Shown piece by piece: positions 9,394 to 18,700 of a stretch of DNA of 64,000 nucleotides. Position numbers and translations under genes: made by a program. The notes beneath the pieces are model-generated. The model was not told the origin of the DNA and searched no databases. It saw nothing but the letters and a program-made list of their open reading frames with translations. Each line of letters begins with the position of its first letter. The first letter of the stretch is position 1. Source of the stretch: Bacteroidales bacterium (GTDB lineage: Bacteria; Bacteroidota; Bacteroidia; Bacteroidales; ML635J-15); contig OY781043.1 in assembly GCA_963676165.1 (NCBI GenBank), positions 2,122,793 through 2,186,792 on the forward strand, given 5' to 3'.

Positions 9394-11502
9394 ATGAGCA
9401 AGCTTTTAGATTCAGAAATAAAATTTTTAAAGACAGTTGGTCCTAAACGGGCGGAACTTCTGAACGAAGAGCTTGACATATATTCGTGGGAAGATTTGCT
9501 AACTTATTTTCCATATCGCCATACTGACAGATCAAAATTTTACAAAATCAATGAGATAAATGCCAACATGCCCAGCATACAATTGGTTGGGAAAATCAGT
9601 CACATTCAAGAGATTCCTGGCAAGAGATTTCGGCGATTAACCGCTAAATTACTTGATGACACAGGACAAATTGAACTGGTTTGGTTTCGAGGCATAAAAA
9701 TGATGAAAGACATCATTAAACCCGGACAGAATTACGTTGTTTTCGGGAAAGCAAATTACGTTAAAAACAGTGGGTTAAGCATTGCCCATCCGGAAATAGA
9801 AACCGTTGAAAAGTGGAAGAAAAAACCTGCAACAGGACTCATGCCACATTACAACACAACGGAGACAATGAAAAAAAATGGGCTTCACAGTCGTGCAATT
9901 CAGAAACTTCAGGAAGTATTATTGCAATCCATTGAAAACAAAATCCCGGAAACGCTTCCTGAGTGGATGCTGAAGAAATACCATCTGGTCTCCAGAACCC
10001 AAGCCATTCGAGCCATTCATTTTCCTCAAAACTATGATGAACTAAGCAAGGCAGAATATCGGCTAAAGTTTGAAGAACTTTTTTACATCCAATTGGGAAT
10101 GCTCAAAACCCGCATCCACAGAAAAGCAACCACCCCTGGGCATATTTTCCCTGAAATTGGAGCATATTTCAACCATTTTTACCATAACCAATTACCATTT
10201 GAGCTGACAGAGGCACAAAAGCGGGTCATCCGTGAAATACGTCACGATATGGCAACAGGGAAACACATGAATCGATTGTTGCAAGGCGATGTTGGAAGTG
10301 GAAAAACATTGGTCGCTTTATTTTGTATGCTCATTGCCATAGACAATGGATTTCAAGCTAGCCTCATGGTTCCAACAGAAGTACTTGCCCAACAGCATTA
10401 TAAATCAATATGCAAATTTCTAGACGGTATGAGCGTCAGAGTTGAATTACTGACAGGCAGTACGAAACGGAAAGACAGAGTTCCTATTCATGAAGGGTTA
10501 CGGAATGGCGATGTCAATATTCTTATTGGAACACACGCTTTACTGGAGGATGAGGTTCAATTTCAGAACCTTGGAATCGCTATAATTGATGAACAGCACA
10601 GATTTGGCGTTGCACAACGTGCCCGATTATGGAACAAAGCGGAAATTCCACCTCACATCCTTGTTATGACAGCAACGCCAATACCACGAACTCTTGCCAT
10701 GACTGTTTATGGAGATTTGGATGTTTCTGTAATCGACGAGCTACCACCTGGACGTAAACCAATAAAAACCAGCCACGCAACAGATGCTCAACGACTGAGA
10801 GTCTTTAAGTTTATGAGAGATCAGATTGCTGCAGGCAGACAGATTTACGTGGTTTATCCTTTGATAAGCGAATCAGAAAACATGGACTTTAAAGACCTTG
10901 AAGATGGAGTTGAAAGCATGCTGAGAGCCTTTCCTCGTCCTGATTACCAGCTGGCTGTGGTCCATGGAAAGATGAAACCCGCAGACAAAGAACATGAAAT
11001 GCAGTTTTTCAAAGAAGGGAAAGCCCAAATCATGGTTGCTACCACAGTGATAGAAGTTGGTGTTGATGTGCCGAACGCATCGGTAATGATCATTGAATCG
11101 GCTGAACGTTTCGGATTAAGTCAAATGCACCAATTGCGTGGCAGAGTGGGACGTGGAGGCGATCAATCGTATTGTATCCTAATGACGAAACAACATTTGG
11201 GTGAAACGACAAAGCAGCGCATAGACATCATGTGTCGTACTAACGATGGATTTGAAATTGCAGAAGCGGATATGAAACTACGTGGCCCCGGTGATATTGA
11301 GGGGACACAACAAAGTGGACTTCCAATCAATTTAAAAATCGCCAGTTTAGGCAAAGACCAGCAGATTCTTCAATTTGTACGTAATATTGCCAATATGATT
11401 CTTGGCAGAGACCCTGAATTACAAGCAGATGCCAACACCATTTTAATCCATCGTCTTCGGGAACTTAACAAAAACAAATTGCAGTGGCGCATGATTTCGT
11501 AG
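9394..11502 (+). CDS. recG: ATP-dependent DNA helicase RecG
   Basis: Motifs RLLQGDVGSGKT, IIDEQHRFG, MTATPIPRT, HQLRGRVGRG and LRGPG. ATG 9394 is the likelier start than 9349. Confidence 0.97.
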   Translation: MSKLLDSEIKFLKTVGPKRAELLNEELDIYSWEDLLTYFPYRHTDRSKFYKINEINANMPSIQLVGKISHIQEIPGKRFRRLTAKLLDDTGQIELVWFRGIKMMKDIIKPGQNYVVFGKANYVKNSGLSIAHPEIETVEKWKKKPATGLMPHYNTTETMKKNGLHSRAIQKLQEVLLQSIENKIPETLPEWMLKKYHLVSRTQAIRAIHFPQNYDELSKAEYRLKFEELFYIQLGMLKTRIHRKATTPGHIFPEIGAYFNHFYHNQLPFELTEAQKRVIREIRHDMATGKHMNRLLQGDVGSGKTLVALFCMLIAIDNGFQASLMVPTEVLAQQHYKSICKFLDGMSVRVELLTGSTKRKDRVPIHEGLRNGDVNILIGTHALLEDEVQFQNLGIAIIDEQHRFGVAQRARLWNKAEIPPHILVMTATPIPRTLAMTVYGDLDVSVIDELPPGRKPIKTSHATDAQRLRVFKFMRDQIAAGRQIYVVYPLISESENMDFKDLEDGVESMLRAFPRPDYQLAVVHGKMKPADKEHEMQFFKEGKAQIMVATTVIEVGVDVPNASVMIIESAERFGLSQMHQLRGRVGRGGDQSYCILMTKQHLGETTKQRIDIMCRTNDGFEIAEADMKLRGPGDIEGTQQSGLPINLKIASLGKDQQILQFVRNIANMILGRDPELQADANTILIHRLRELNKNKLQWRMIS

Positions 11503-11512
11503 CTTTTGTCCT

Positions 11513-11544
11513 AAAAAAAAAGCTACCCTAAACTGAGTAGCTTT
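11513..11544. terminator. Intrinsic terminator between convergent recG and LRR genes
   Basis: AAAGCTAC-N10-GTAGCTTT stem with a long A-run on the left (U-tract for the minus-strand gene). Confidence 0.65.
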
Positions 11545-11585
11545 CACATCACATAATGCAATGATATTGATCAAAAAAACTAAAA

Positions 11586-14500
11586 CTATTCTTTCACGAT
11601 TCGTTTTATAAAGGTCTGATTGTCTTCAAAACAGAAACGCAGCATATAAACTCCAGCAGGAAGGTCTGACAAATCAAAAGAAAAATCCTGATTGCCATCA
11701 AAACGCACTAAAACCTGTCCAAATGCATTTAGCACTTCAATAGAAGCATCATGCTCAATCCCAACAATATTAACATTTCCTGAGGTTGGATTTGGATAAA
11801 CTGAAACTTTCTGCTCCATAAGGTTAGCTATTCCAACAGGAGACAAACTCACCATTTCCAACATATTTTCATCCACATGAATGACAGCAGACATGTCCTC
11901 ATATCCATTGGCTGAAATATAATAAGTGTACGTTCCCGCTGGAACATCTTCAAAGGTAACAAAGCCAGCATAATTTGTACTCAAAACAACGCCATCCATT
12001 TCAATTTCAGCATTTTCTAAAGGTAGAGATCCATCTGTTACGTAAAATTCGACATCATAAACCAATTCCAACTCCACTTGTATTATTTCATTTTGGCTTA
12101 AGTTAATGTCATCAGAAACCGTTGAATACCCATCAGAAGTTACCATATATTCATACAAGCCTGCTTCCAGTTCATTAAAAACTAACTGTCCATTGACATC
12201 ACTTTGATATGCATTCCCATTCAGATAAATTGTTGCTTCTGATATTGGATTAAGTCCATCAGTTACTTGAAATTCTAATTCATAAACTGGCACCATTTCT
12301 ACAGAAAGATCAACATCAGCATTTATCACAGTAACAAGCTCTTCAACTGTAGAATATCCATCCTTAGAAACAGAATAATTGTAAACTCCCTCTGATAATC
12401 CAGAAACAACAAGATTCCCACTTGCATTGGTTACAAAATTGTCACCATCAAAGATTACATTTGCACCCTCAATCGGATTTTGTCCATCAGTCACAGTAAA
12501 GTTTACAGCATATACTCTAGCCAACTGTATGTCCTGCTCTATGTCAACTGCAACCACACTTATTGTTGAGTTAAATGGAAGATATGACTCATCATTGACT
12601 GAAAAATCATATGTTCCGGAAACAACGTCCTGCACAAGGATATATCCACTTCCATTTGACAAATAATTACTACCGTCAAAGGTGACCTCAACACCAGTCA
12701 ATGCTGTTTCTCCATCAAACAGATTCAATCTCACATCATAAACGGAGGCATTGAGTACAACATTTTCAACTTGGTTAGCCCCAGACATAGTAATTGATTC
12801 AGAATTACTGTCAAAATTAAAAGCACTTACAGTGTAATTGTACTGATAATCTTCTACACTTTCAAAAGTCACTTCTCCAGCAGCATTTGTTTGCCTTGTA
12901 CCATAAGTTTCCAGACTCACAAATGCAGATTCAATTGGAGAGGTGCCATCACTAATTGTGAAAGTTAAACTATTTCCAATCGATGTAAGATTTGCGATAT
13001 AACCAATGTTCAGATTATTGGCAGTTGCACCTCCAGCATAAGTTGACGAATTAGTCCCTTGCCAGTGATTAAAGTTATACCCAGCCACATCAGGAGTTGG
13101 CAAAACAAAGTTTACAATAGAATTCAATGCAAATGCATACGTACCTATATATTGCAACTGGTCTGCTGAATTCAACGTTAAACTTGAAATACTATTCACA
13201 GCAAAAGCATAATCTCCAATCACTTTTAAAGCTGAAGCTGCATTCAGATTTACATCCGTCAACTGATTATTATGAAATGCATAATCGTCTATAACAGTTA
13301 AGGAGTACGCATTCACATCAAGCACTGCCAATAAATTGCTCGCAAAAGCCTCAACACCAATTTGCAACAAATCAGCATAAGCGCCGAGCGGCAGAGAGGT
13401 TATAACATTATCTTTAAATGCATAATCTCCAATAAGTTTTAACTCTGAATTAAAAAACACACGCTCAATATCTTTCCCTTCAAACACACCATGTGATGCT
13501 CCAGAATAGTAATCTCCATGAGCAATACCCCACACCGGTTGATTATCCAAAACATCAGGGAAAATTAAATATGTACGATCGACAGGAAAATCAACGTCAC
13601 AAGTTGTAATGTATCCATTTGACACAGTAACATCCTCATCTTTCAACACATAAACTGGCATAACATACTCTGTTTCGAAGTTGCTTATCGCATCTTCTGC
13701 AGAATAGGTATTATCATCCTCTCCTCTCCAAAAATACGGATTCATTCCTGGGTTAGCTGGCAAAAGGAATTGCTCTAAATCAGGATTATTTGAAAATGTC
13801 CAATAGCCAATTCGATAAAGGCTTTTACAAGAAGAAATATCCACACTCGAAATATTATTAAATGAAAATGCCTGTCCATCTATCACTTCCAAAGATGTTA
13901 ATGGAGAAAGATCAAGCTCACTGATGGAATTTTGATAAAAAGCACCACCCCCAATATATCTCAAGGATGTACATCCGGTAAAGTCAATGGAATTGAAATA
14001 ATTCATTTCAAATGCCATATTTCCGATTGTATCTAGTGACACACAATTATTGAGGTACAATTCACTTGTGGAACCATCAAAATTATGGAGAAAAGCATAA
14101 TTTCCAATTCGTGACAATGCAACGAAATCAGTAAAATCGATATGACCTAATTCATTGTATGAAAATGCATAATCATCAATTCCCTCCAAAGTTTCCTGAC
14201 AACCCAATTGTATTTCTGTAATCGCATTACTTTGAAAAGACATTTTTCCAAAACGCTGAAATTCTGCACAATGACTCATATCTATCATCTCTATGCTATT
14301 CCCTTTAAAAGCTCTATCACCAATAAATTGCATACTTGCCGGGAAATTAACTTCGGTTATTCCTTTCAACTCAAAAACACCTTCATCTATCATGTCTGCA
14401 ATTCCAATAACAGTTTGTCCCTGCAATGTTTCAGGAATAGTAATACTCGTTTCTTCATAATCATAAACAAACTCTAAAATCACACCATCCACAATTGTGA

Positions 14501-15329
14501 CATCCTGACTCTGAACAACATAAGTAACAGGCACCCAATACTCTGTATTAAAGTCAGTCACAAAATCACCACCTTCATATAGATTTCCATTATCATCTTC
14601 CCAGCCAAATTCATCATACTGCACATTAACAGGTAAACTGAATCCGGTAAGCTGATTATTATAAAATGCATATTGAGCAATATTCATTAAGGCTGAACAA
14701 GTACTCAGGTTAACTAATGACAACTGATTGGAAGAAAAAGCTCCACTTCCAATTTCTGTTAAAGACGTGCAAGCACTCAATGACAAGGATGAGATTTCAT
14801 TTCCGGAAAAAGCTGAGCCACCAATACGTTCAAGAGAAGTGCAATTGGATAAATCCACACTGCTTAGCCCCTCTCCTTCCTGAGTAAAAAATGCAGCTGA
14901 ACCAATTGACAGGAGATTCACATTACCACTCAAATCAATTTCAGTTAAATGATTGGAGTGAAATGCACCTATCCCTATAGTCTGCAAATTTTGGCATTGG
15001 CTAAAATCAACTGTTTCAATAACATTACCATAAAAAGCATATTCCCCAATATGCTGTAATCCTGCTGGCAATTCGACTTGTACAAGTCCCATATTTGCAA
15101 AGACACCATCATTCGTATAGTCATCAGCAAAACCAAGTACAACTTCTCCTGACAATTGATCGGGAATAATAAGATGAGTTTCCCCTCCAACATAAGAACA
15201 GGATTGAATAACACCATCTTCAATGATTACATCTGAATCTTGTAGTGTGTATTGAGCAAAACTTGTAAAACTCAATACAACACATAAAATCAGCACACTT
15301 AAACTTTGTAATTTCGCCTTGATTTTCAT
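11586..15329 (-). CDS. BspA-type (LRR_5) leucine-rich-repeat surface protein with Ig-like stalk repeats and T9SS CTD
   Basis: Many LxxIGxxAF repeats in three capped blocks; VTDGxNPIEGA stalk repeats; VYPNP...RIVKE CTD. Start moved to ATG 15329 because a -7 promoter element lies right next to the TTG at 15350. Confidence 0.9.
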   Translation of the reverse strand: MKIKAKLQSLSVLILCVVLSFTSFAQYTLQDSDVIIEDGVIQSCSYVGGETHLIIPDQLSGEVVLGFADDYTNDGVFANMGLVQVELPAGLQHIGEYAFYGNVIETVDFSQCQNLQTIGIGAFHSNHLTEIDLSGNVNLLSIGSAAFFTQEGEGLSSVDLSNCTSLERIGGSAFSGNEISSLSLSACTSLTEIGSGAFSSNQLSLVNLSTCSALMNIAQYAFYNNQLTGFSLPVNVQYDEFGWEDDNGNLYEGGDFVTDFNTEYWVPVTYVVQSQDVTIVDGVILEFVYDYEETSITIPETLQGQTVIGIADMIDEGVFELKGITEVNFPASMQFIGDRAFKGNSIEMIDMSHCAEFQRFGKMSFQSNAITEIQLGCQETLEGIDDYAFSYNELGHIDFTDFVALSRIGNYAFLHNFDGSTSELYLNNCVSLDTIGNMAFEMNYFNSIDFTGCTSLRYIGGGAFYQNSISELDLSPLTSLEVIDGQAFSFNNISSVDISSCKSLYRIGYWTFSNNPDLEQFLLPANPGMNPYFWRGEDDNTYSAEDAISNFETEYVMPVYVLKDEDVTVSNGYITTCDVDFPVDRTYLIFPDVLDNQPVWGIAHGDYYSGASHGVFEGKDIERVFFNSELKLIGDYAFKDNVITSLPLGAYADLLQIGVEAFASNLLAVLDVNAYSLTVIDDYAFHNNQLTDVNLNAASALKVIGDYAFAVNSISSLTLNSADQLQYIGTYAFALNSIVNFVLPTPDVAGYNFNHWQGTNSSTYAGGATANNLNIGYIANLTSIGNSLTFTISDGTSPIESAFVSLETYGTRQTNAAGEVTFESVEDYQYNYTVSAFNFDSNSESITMSGANQVENVVLNASVYDVRLNLFDGETALTGVEVTFDGSNYLSNGSGYILVQDVVSGTYDFSVNDESYLPFNSTISVVAVDIEQDIQLARVYAVNFTVTDGQNPIEGANVIFDGDNFVTNASGNLVVSGLSEGVYNYSVSKDGYSTVEELVTVINADVDLSVEMVPVYELEFQVTDGLNPISEATIYLNGNAYQSDVNGQLVFNELEAGLYEYMVTSDGYSTVSDDINLSQNEIIQVELELVYDVEFYVTDGSLPLENAEIEMDGVVLSTNYAGFVTFEDVPAGTYTYYISANGYEDMSAVIHVDENMLEMVSLSPVGIANLMEQKVSVYPNPTSGNVNIVGIEHDASIEVLNAFGQVLVRFDGNQDFSFDLSDLPAGVYMLRFCFEDNQTFIKRIVKE

Positions 15330-15352
15330 AATTTTAGTTTTAATGTTCAAAG

Positions 15353-15423
15353 CAAAAATAGAGGAGCATATAAGACTTCACAAGGCAAAACGAGTAAACG
15401 GCAGCCTTGGATGAGTAAACGGC
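15353..15423 (-). promoter_or_regulatory. Bacteroidota -7 element plus tandem direct-repeat operator (LytTR-like)
   Basis: TATTTTTG on the minus strand at 15353-15360; perfect GAGTAAACGGC repeats at 15392-15402 and 15413-15423 (21-bp period). Confidence 0.6.
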
Positions 15424-15734
15424 GGAAATAAAAAAATTGAATTATGATAGAAACTTTTCACGAGCAAATTTCATCAGAAAAAAGGACAAATATCGATCGT
15501 ACTCTGTGTAAACCTAACATTATTTTAAATTTGGCTTCAATTTCACATAACATGACGTTTATTTAAAAATGTCACACAAGAAGAAAACACCCTCAAACCT
15601 CACAACATATTGTTATTATGCTACTTAATCGCATTTAAAAAATTTAATAAAAATTAAATTGTCCTAATTTTGTCTTAACTGATCAAGCAATTTTCCTTTT
15701 ATATTGTGGGTGTAGATTAGGAAAGCTTTACACT

Positions 15735-18700
15735 ATGAAAATGAAATTAACATTTAGCTTGGCATTTTGCCTCATTGCCTCGATTGTATTTTCACAATCC
15801 CAAACCACATCCGAAAGGTTAAGAATTAACCACAGCGAAAATGGAGCTGTGAGAGGGAATAATAAATCACAGCGATCAAAAGTCACAATTGACACTGACA
15901 TATCAGATACTTTTGAAGCTGATGCCATTTTTGCAAGTCGAAAACCAGAAGAAGAACTAGTGGGGAAAAGAGACAGAACCTCAAAGCACTTTAAAAACCC
16001 TGACGGTTCTATTGAAGCATTTCTTTCTACCGGTTCTATTAACTATCAGGAGAACGGCAGGTGGCACACTATCGAGCTCACCATTACACCAAACAACACT
16101 GGAAAATTTGCAGAATTTGAATTTGCAAACACCAAAAATGCATTCAAATCATTTTATGGACAATCACCAGAAAATGGAATTAAAACCATTGTTGAAAATG
16201 AAGAAATTACTGAATGGCAAAACAAAAAAATTGAATTTTATGATGCAGATATGAACCTAATCAGTTCAATTCAATCAGAAAATTCAGAAATCCGTATTAA
16301 TCATGTAAAAGCAAGCTATCCAAATCTATTTCCATATACCGAAGCTCAAATTACCCAATTGCATGATGGCAGAAAAATTGATTATGAAATCAGCTCGGCA
16401 GAATTTGTTAATTTAATTCCTGAAAATGCTGTTTATATAGCGATCTCCGAAGATATTAGTTTACCCGCTGGCTGGACAGCCAAATATTATATTGACGAAC
16501 AAAATGAAAATCAGAAAGAAAGCCAACAGCGAATCAGTATTTTAACCAACAGAAAAGAAGAAATTCTGCAATACCAACCTCCTGTTTATTTTGAAAAAGA
16601 CAATCAAAGAGGAAAAGACGATCCAATTGGAGAATATATGATTGCTCAAAATGGGCAATTGCTTACCATTAAAACTCTAGTTGATGTAAATTGGATAAAA
16701 GATGAAGAGAGAAACTTTCCAATTGTGATTGATCCTACAGTAAGTATGTATCCGAATAATACGGCGAATTGGACTGGAGCTGTGGAAAATGATGGTTATG
16801 ATTTGTCTGATCAACATATTTACATTGGTAAAGATGGGAGTTATTGGATGGCTTCTTGGTCAAGATTCAACATGTCTTCTATCGATGATGATGCAATAGT
16901 TTCTTCTGTGTCTATCTCTACTGTTAGGGGGGCAGACAATAATTATAACTATTTAACTTGTCAAATGACAAGTGTTACCTTAGACCCTTTATTCAATTCT
17001 GGAACACAAGGTCTATATAATAATATCAATAATGGGACAGTTTTATTAACTACAAGCCAGTATGAAACAGGAACATCTACCTATAATAATAATTTAACAT
17101 CTATAGGTAATAATGATTTAATGTCTGCATTAAGTTCAGGAAGGGATTGGTATAGTGTAGGCTTTCGAACTAGTCTTGCTGCAGATAATAATTATGTAAT
17201 ATGTTATGGGCATAGTAGTGGGACAAATTCGCCAAAATTAACTATCACCTACACAACCCCATCCAATCCTCCAACCTGCACCACTCCAATTATGCCAGCG
17301 GATGGTTTCGGCTCACATTCCCCTGCCGACCCTCTTACATGGAATACTGTTGCAGGAGCCACCTCATACGATGTATATTTTGGGACAAGTTCTAACCCTC
17401 CATTGGTAACAAATGTAACGACAACAACTTATTCCCCATCGCTTGCAGACAACACCACATATTACTGGAAAGTAGTTCCTAAAAATGCATACGGAGAACC
17501 AACAGGCTGTGCCGTTTGGGAATTTACAACTGGCACAGGGCCACAATCAGGCGATTATAGAAGTCGTTACATGGATGGGGCTAATAGAATGTGGAGCATT
17601 GCTTCAAACTGGCAAATCTACAATGGTTCTGCTTGGGTAACTGCAAGCATTCCGCCAGATGGAAGTACTATCAATGTCTTAATAAGAGATAATAGCAAAA
17701 TGATCATTGATGGAGATTATGAAACAAATGAACTCAGGATTGAAGGTCTGTTGCAATTTTATTGGGGAGATGGTGCGACAAATAATACGGCGAAAACTTT
17801 CACAGTAAATGGTGATATTTTATTAACGGGTGACGCTGATTTTCAGACAAATGCTGCCTATGATGCAAATCGAAACTTTGTGCACCTTCTCATTGCCAAA
17901 AAGAACATCTACAACAATGCAAATTCTGATCACGGAATGCTACTCAACGATTACCCTGAGATAAGCTATTGGTCCTATGTACAGGTCAGATTTAAAGGCA
18001 GTGGCAATGCAGAATGGTCAGGTACTGGTGAAAATGACATTGGCGGATTATCCATACTAAAAGACAACCCAACCGATGTTGTTATCATTAAGCCAAATCA
18101 ACTTTTGGGTTGGGGCTCAACCAATCTCGATGGAAACGGATTTTTCATGTATGATGTGATCGACCACGTTGGAATACTAAAAATTGGAGGAACGTTCTCA
18201 ATGACAACTCGATTTGGTATCCAAAGTACAAATACATCTGCAGACGACACAAGACAATTTCCACAATTGTCGAGTGTAAATTCTGGTTCAGATTTCACAT
18301 TGCATATTGATAATCCAAACTTTGGCATCTCAGGATATAGCGCTGTCGAATGCTATGGAAACCTTCAAATTACTCAAGGCACCATGAATGTTGGTGACAA
18401 TATGGCTGATTATATCGAATTTGGAGATGGAGCATCCTTAACGATTGATGGTGGCGACCTCTCTTGTACTGGTGCAATTGCATACCTGGGAACAGGGACT
18501 TTCAACCTTAATTTAAGTGATGGCAGAATTCGTGCTGGATATCTCGGAAATTCAAACTCAAATATTGTTGGGTGGTTTGATATCCGCAACAATGCCAATG
18601 TTACAATTAGTGGAGGTGAGATTCACTTAATAAATGTGGAATACACGACAAGTTTGGACTTCCCTATGTACAATATGGCCGCTTCAAATGTGACAATAAC

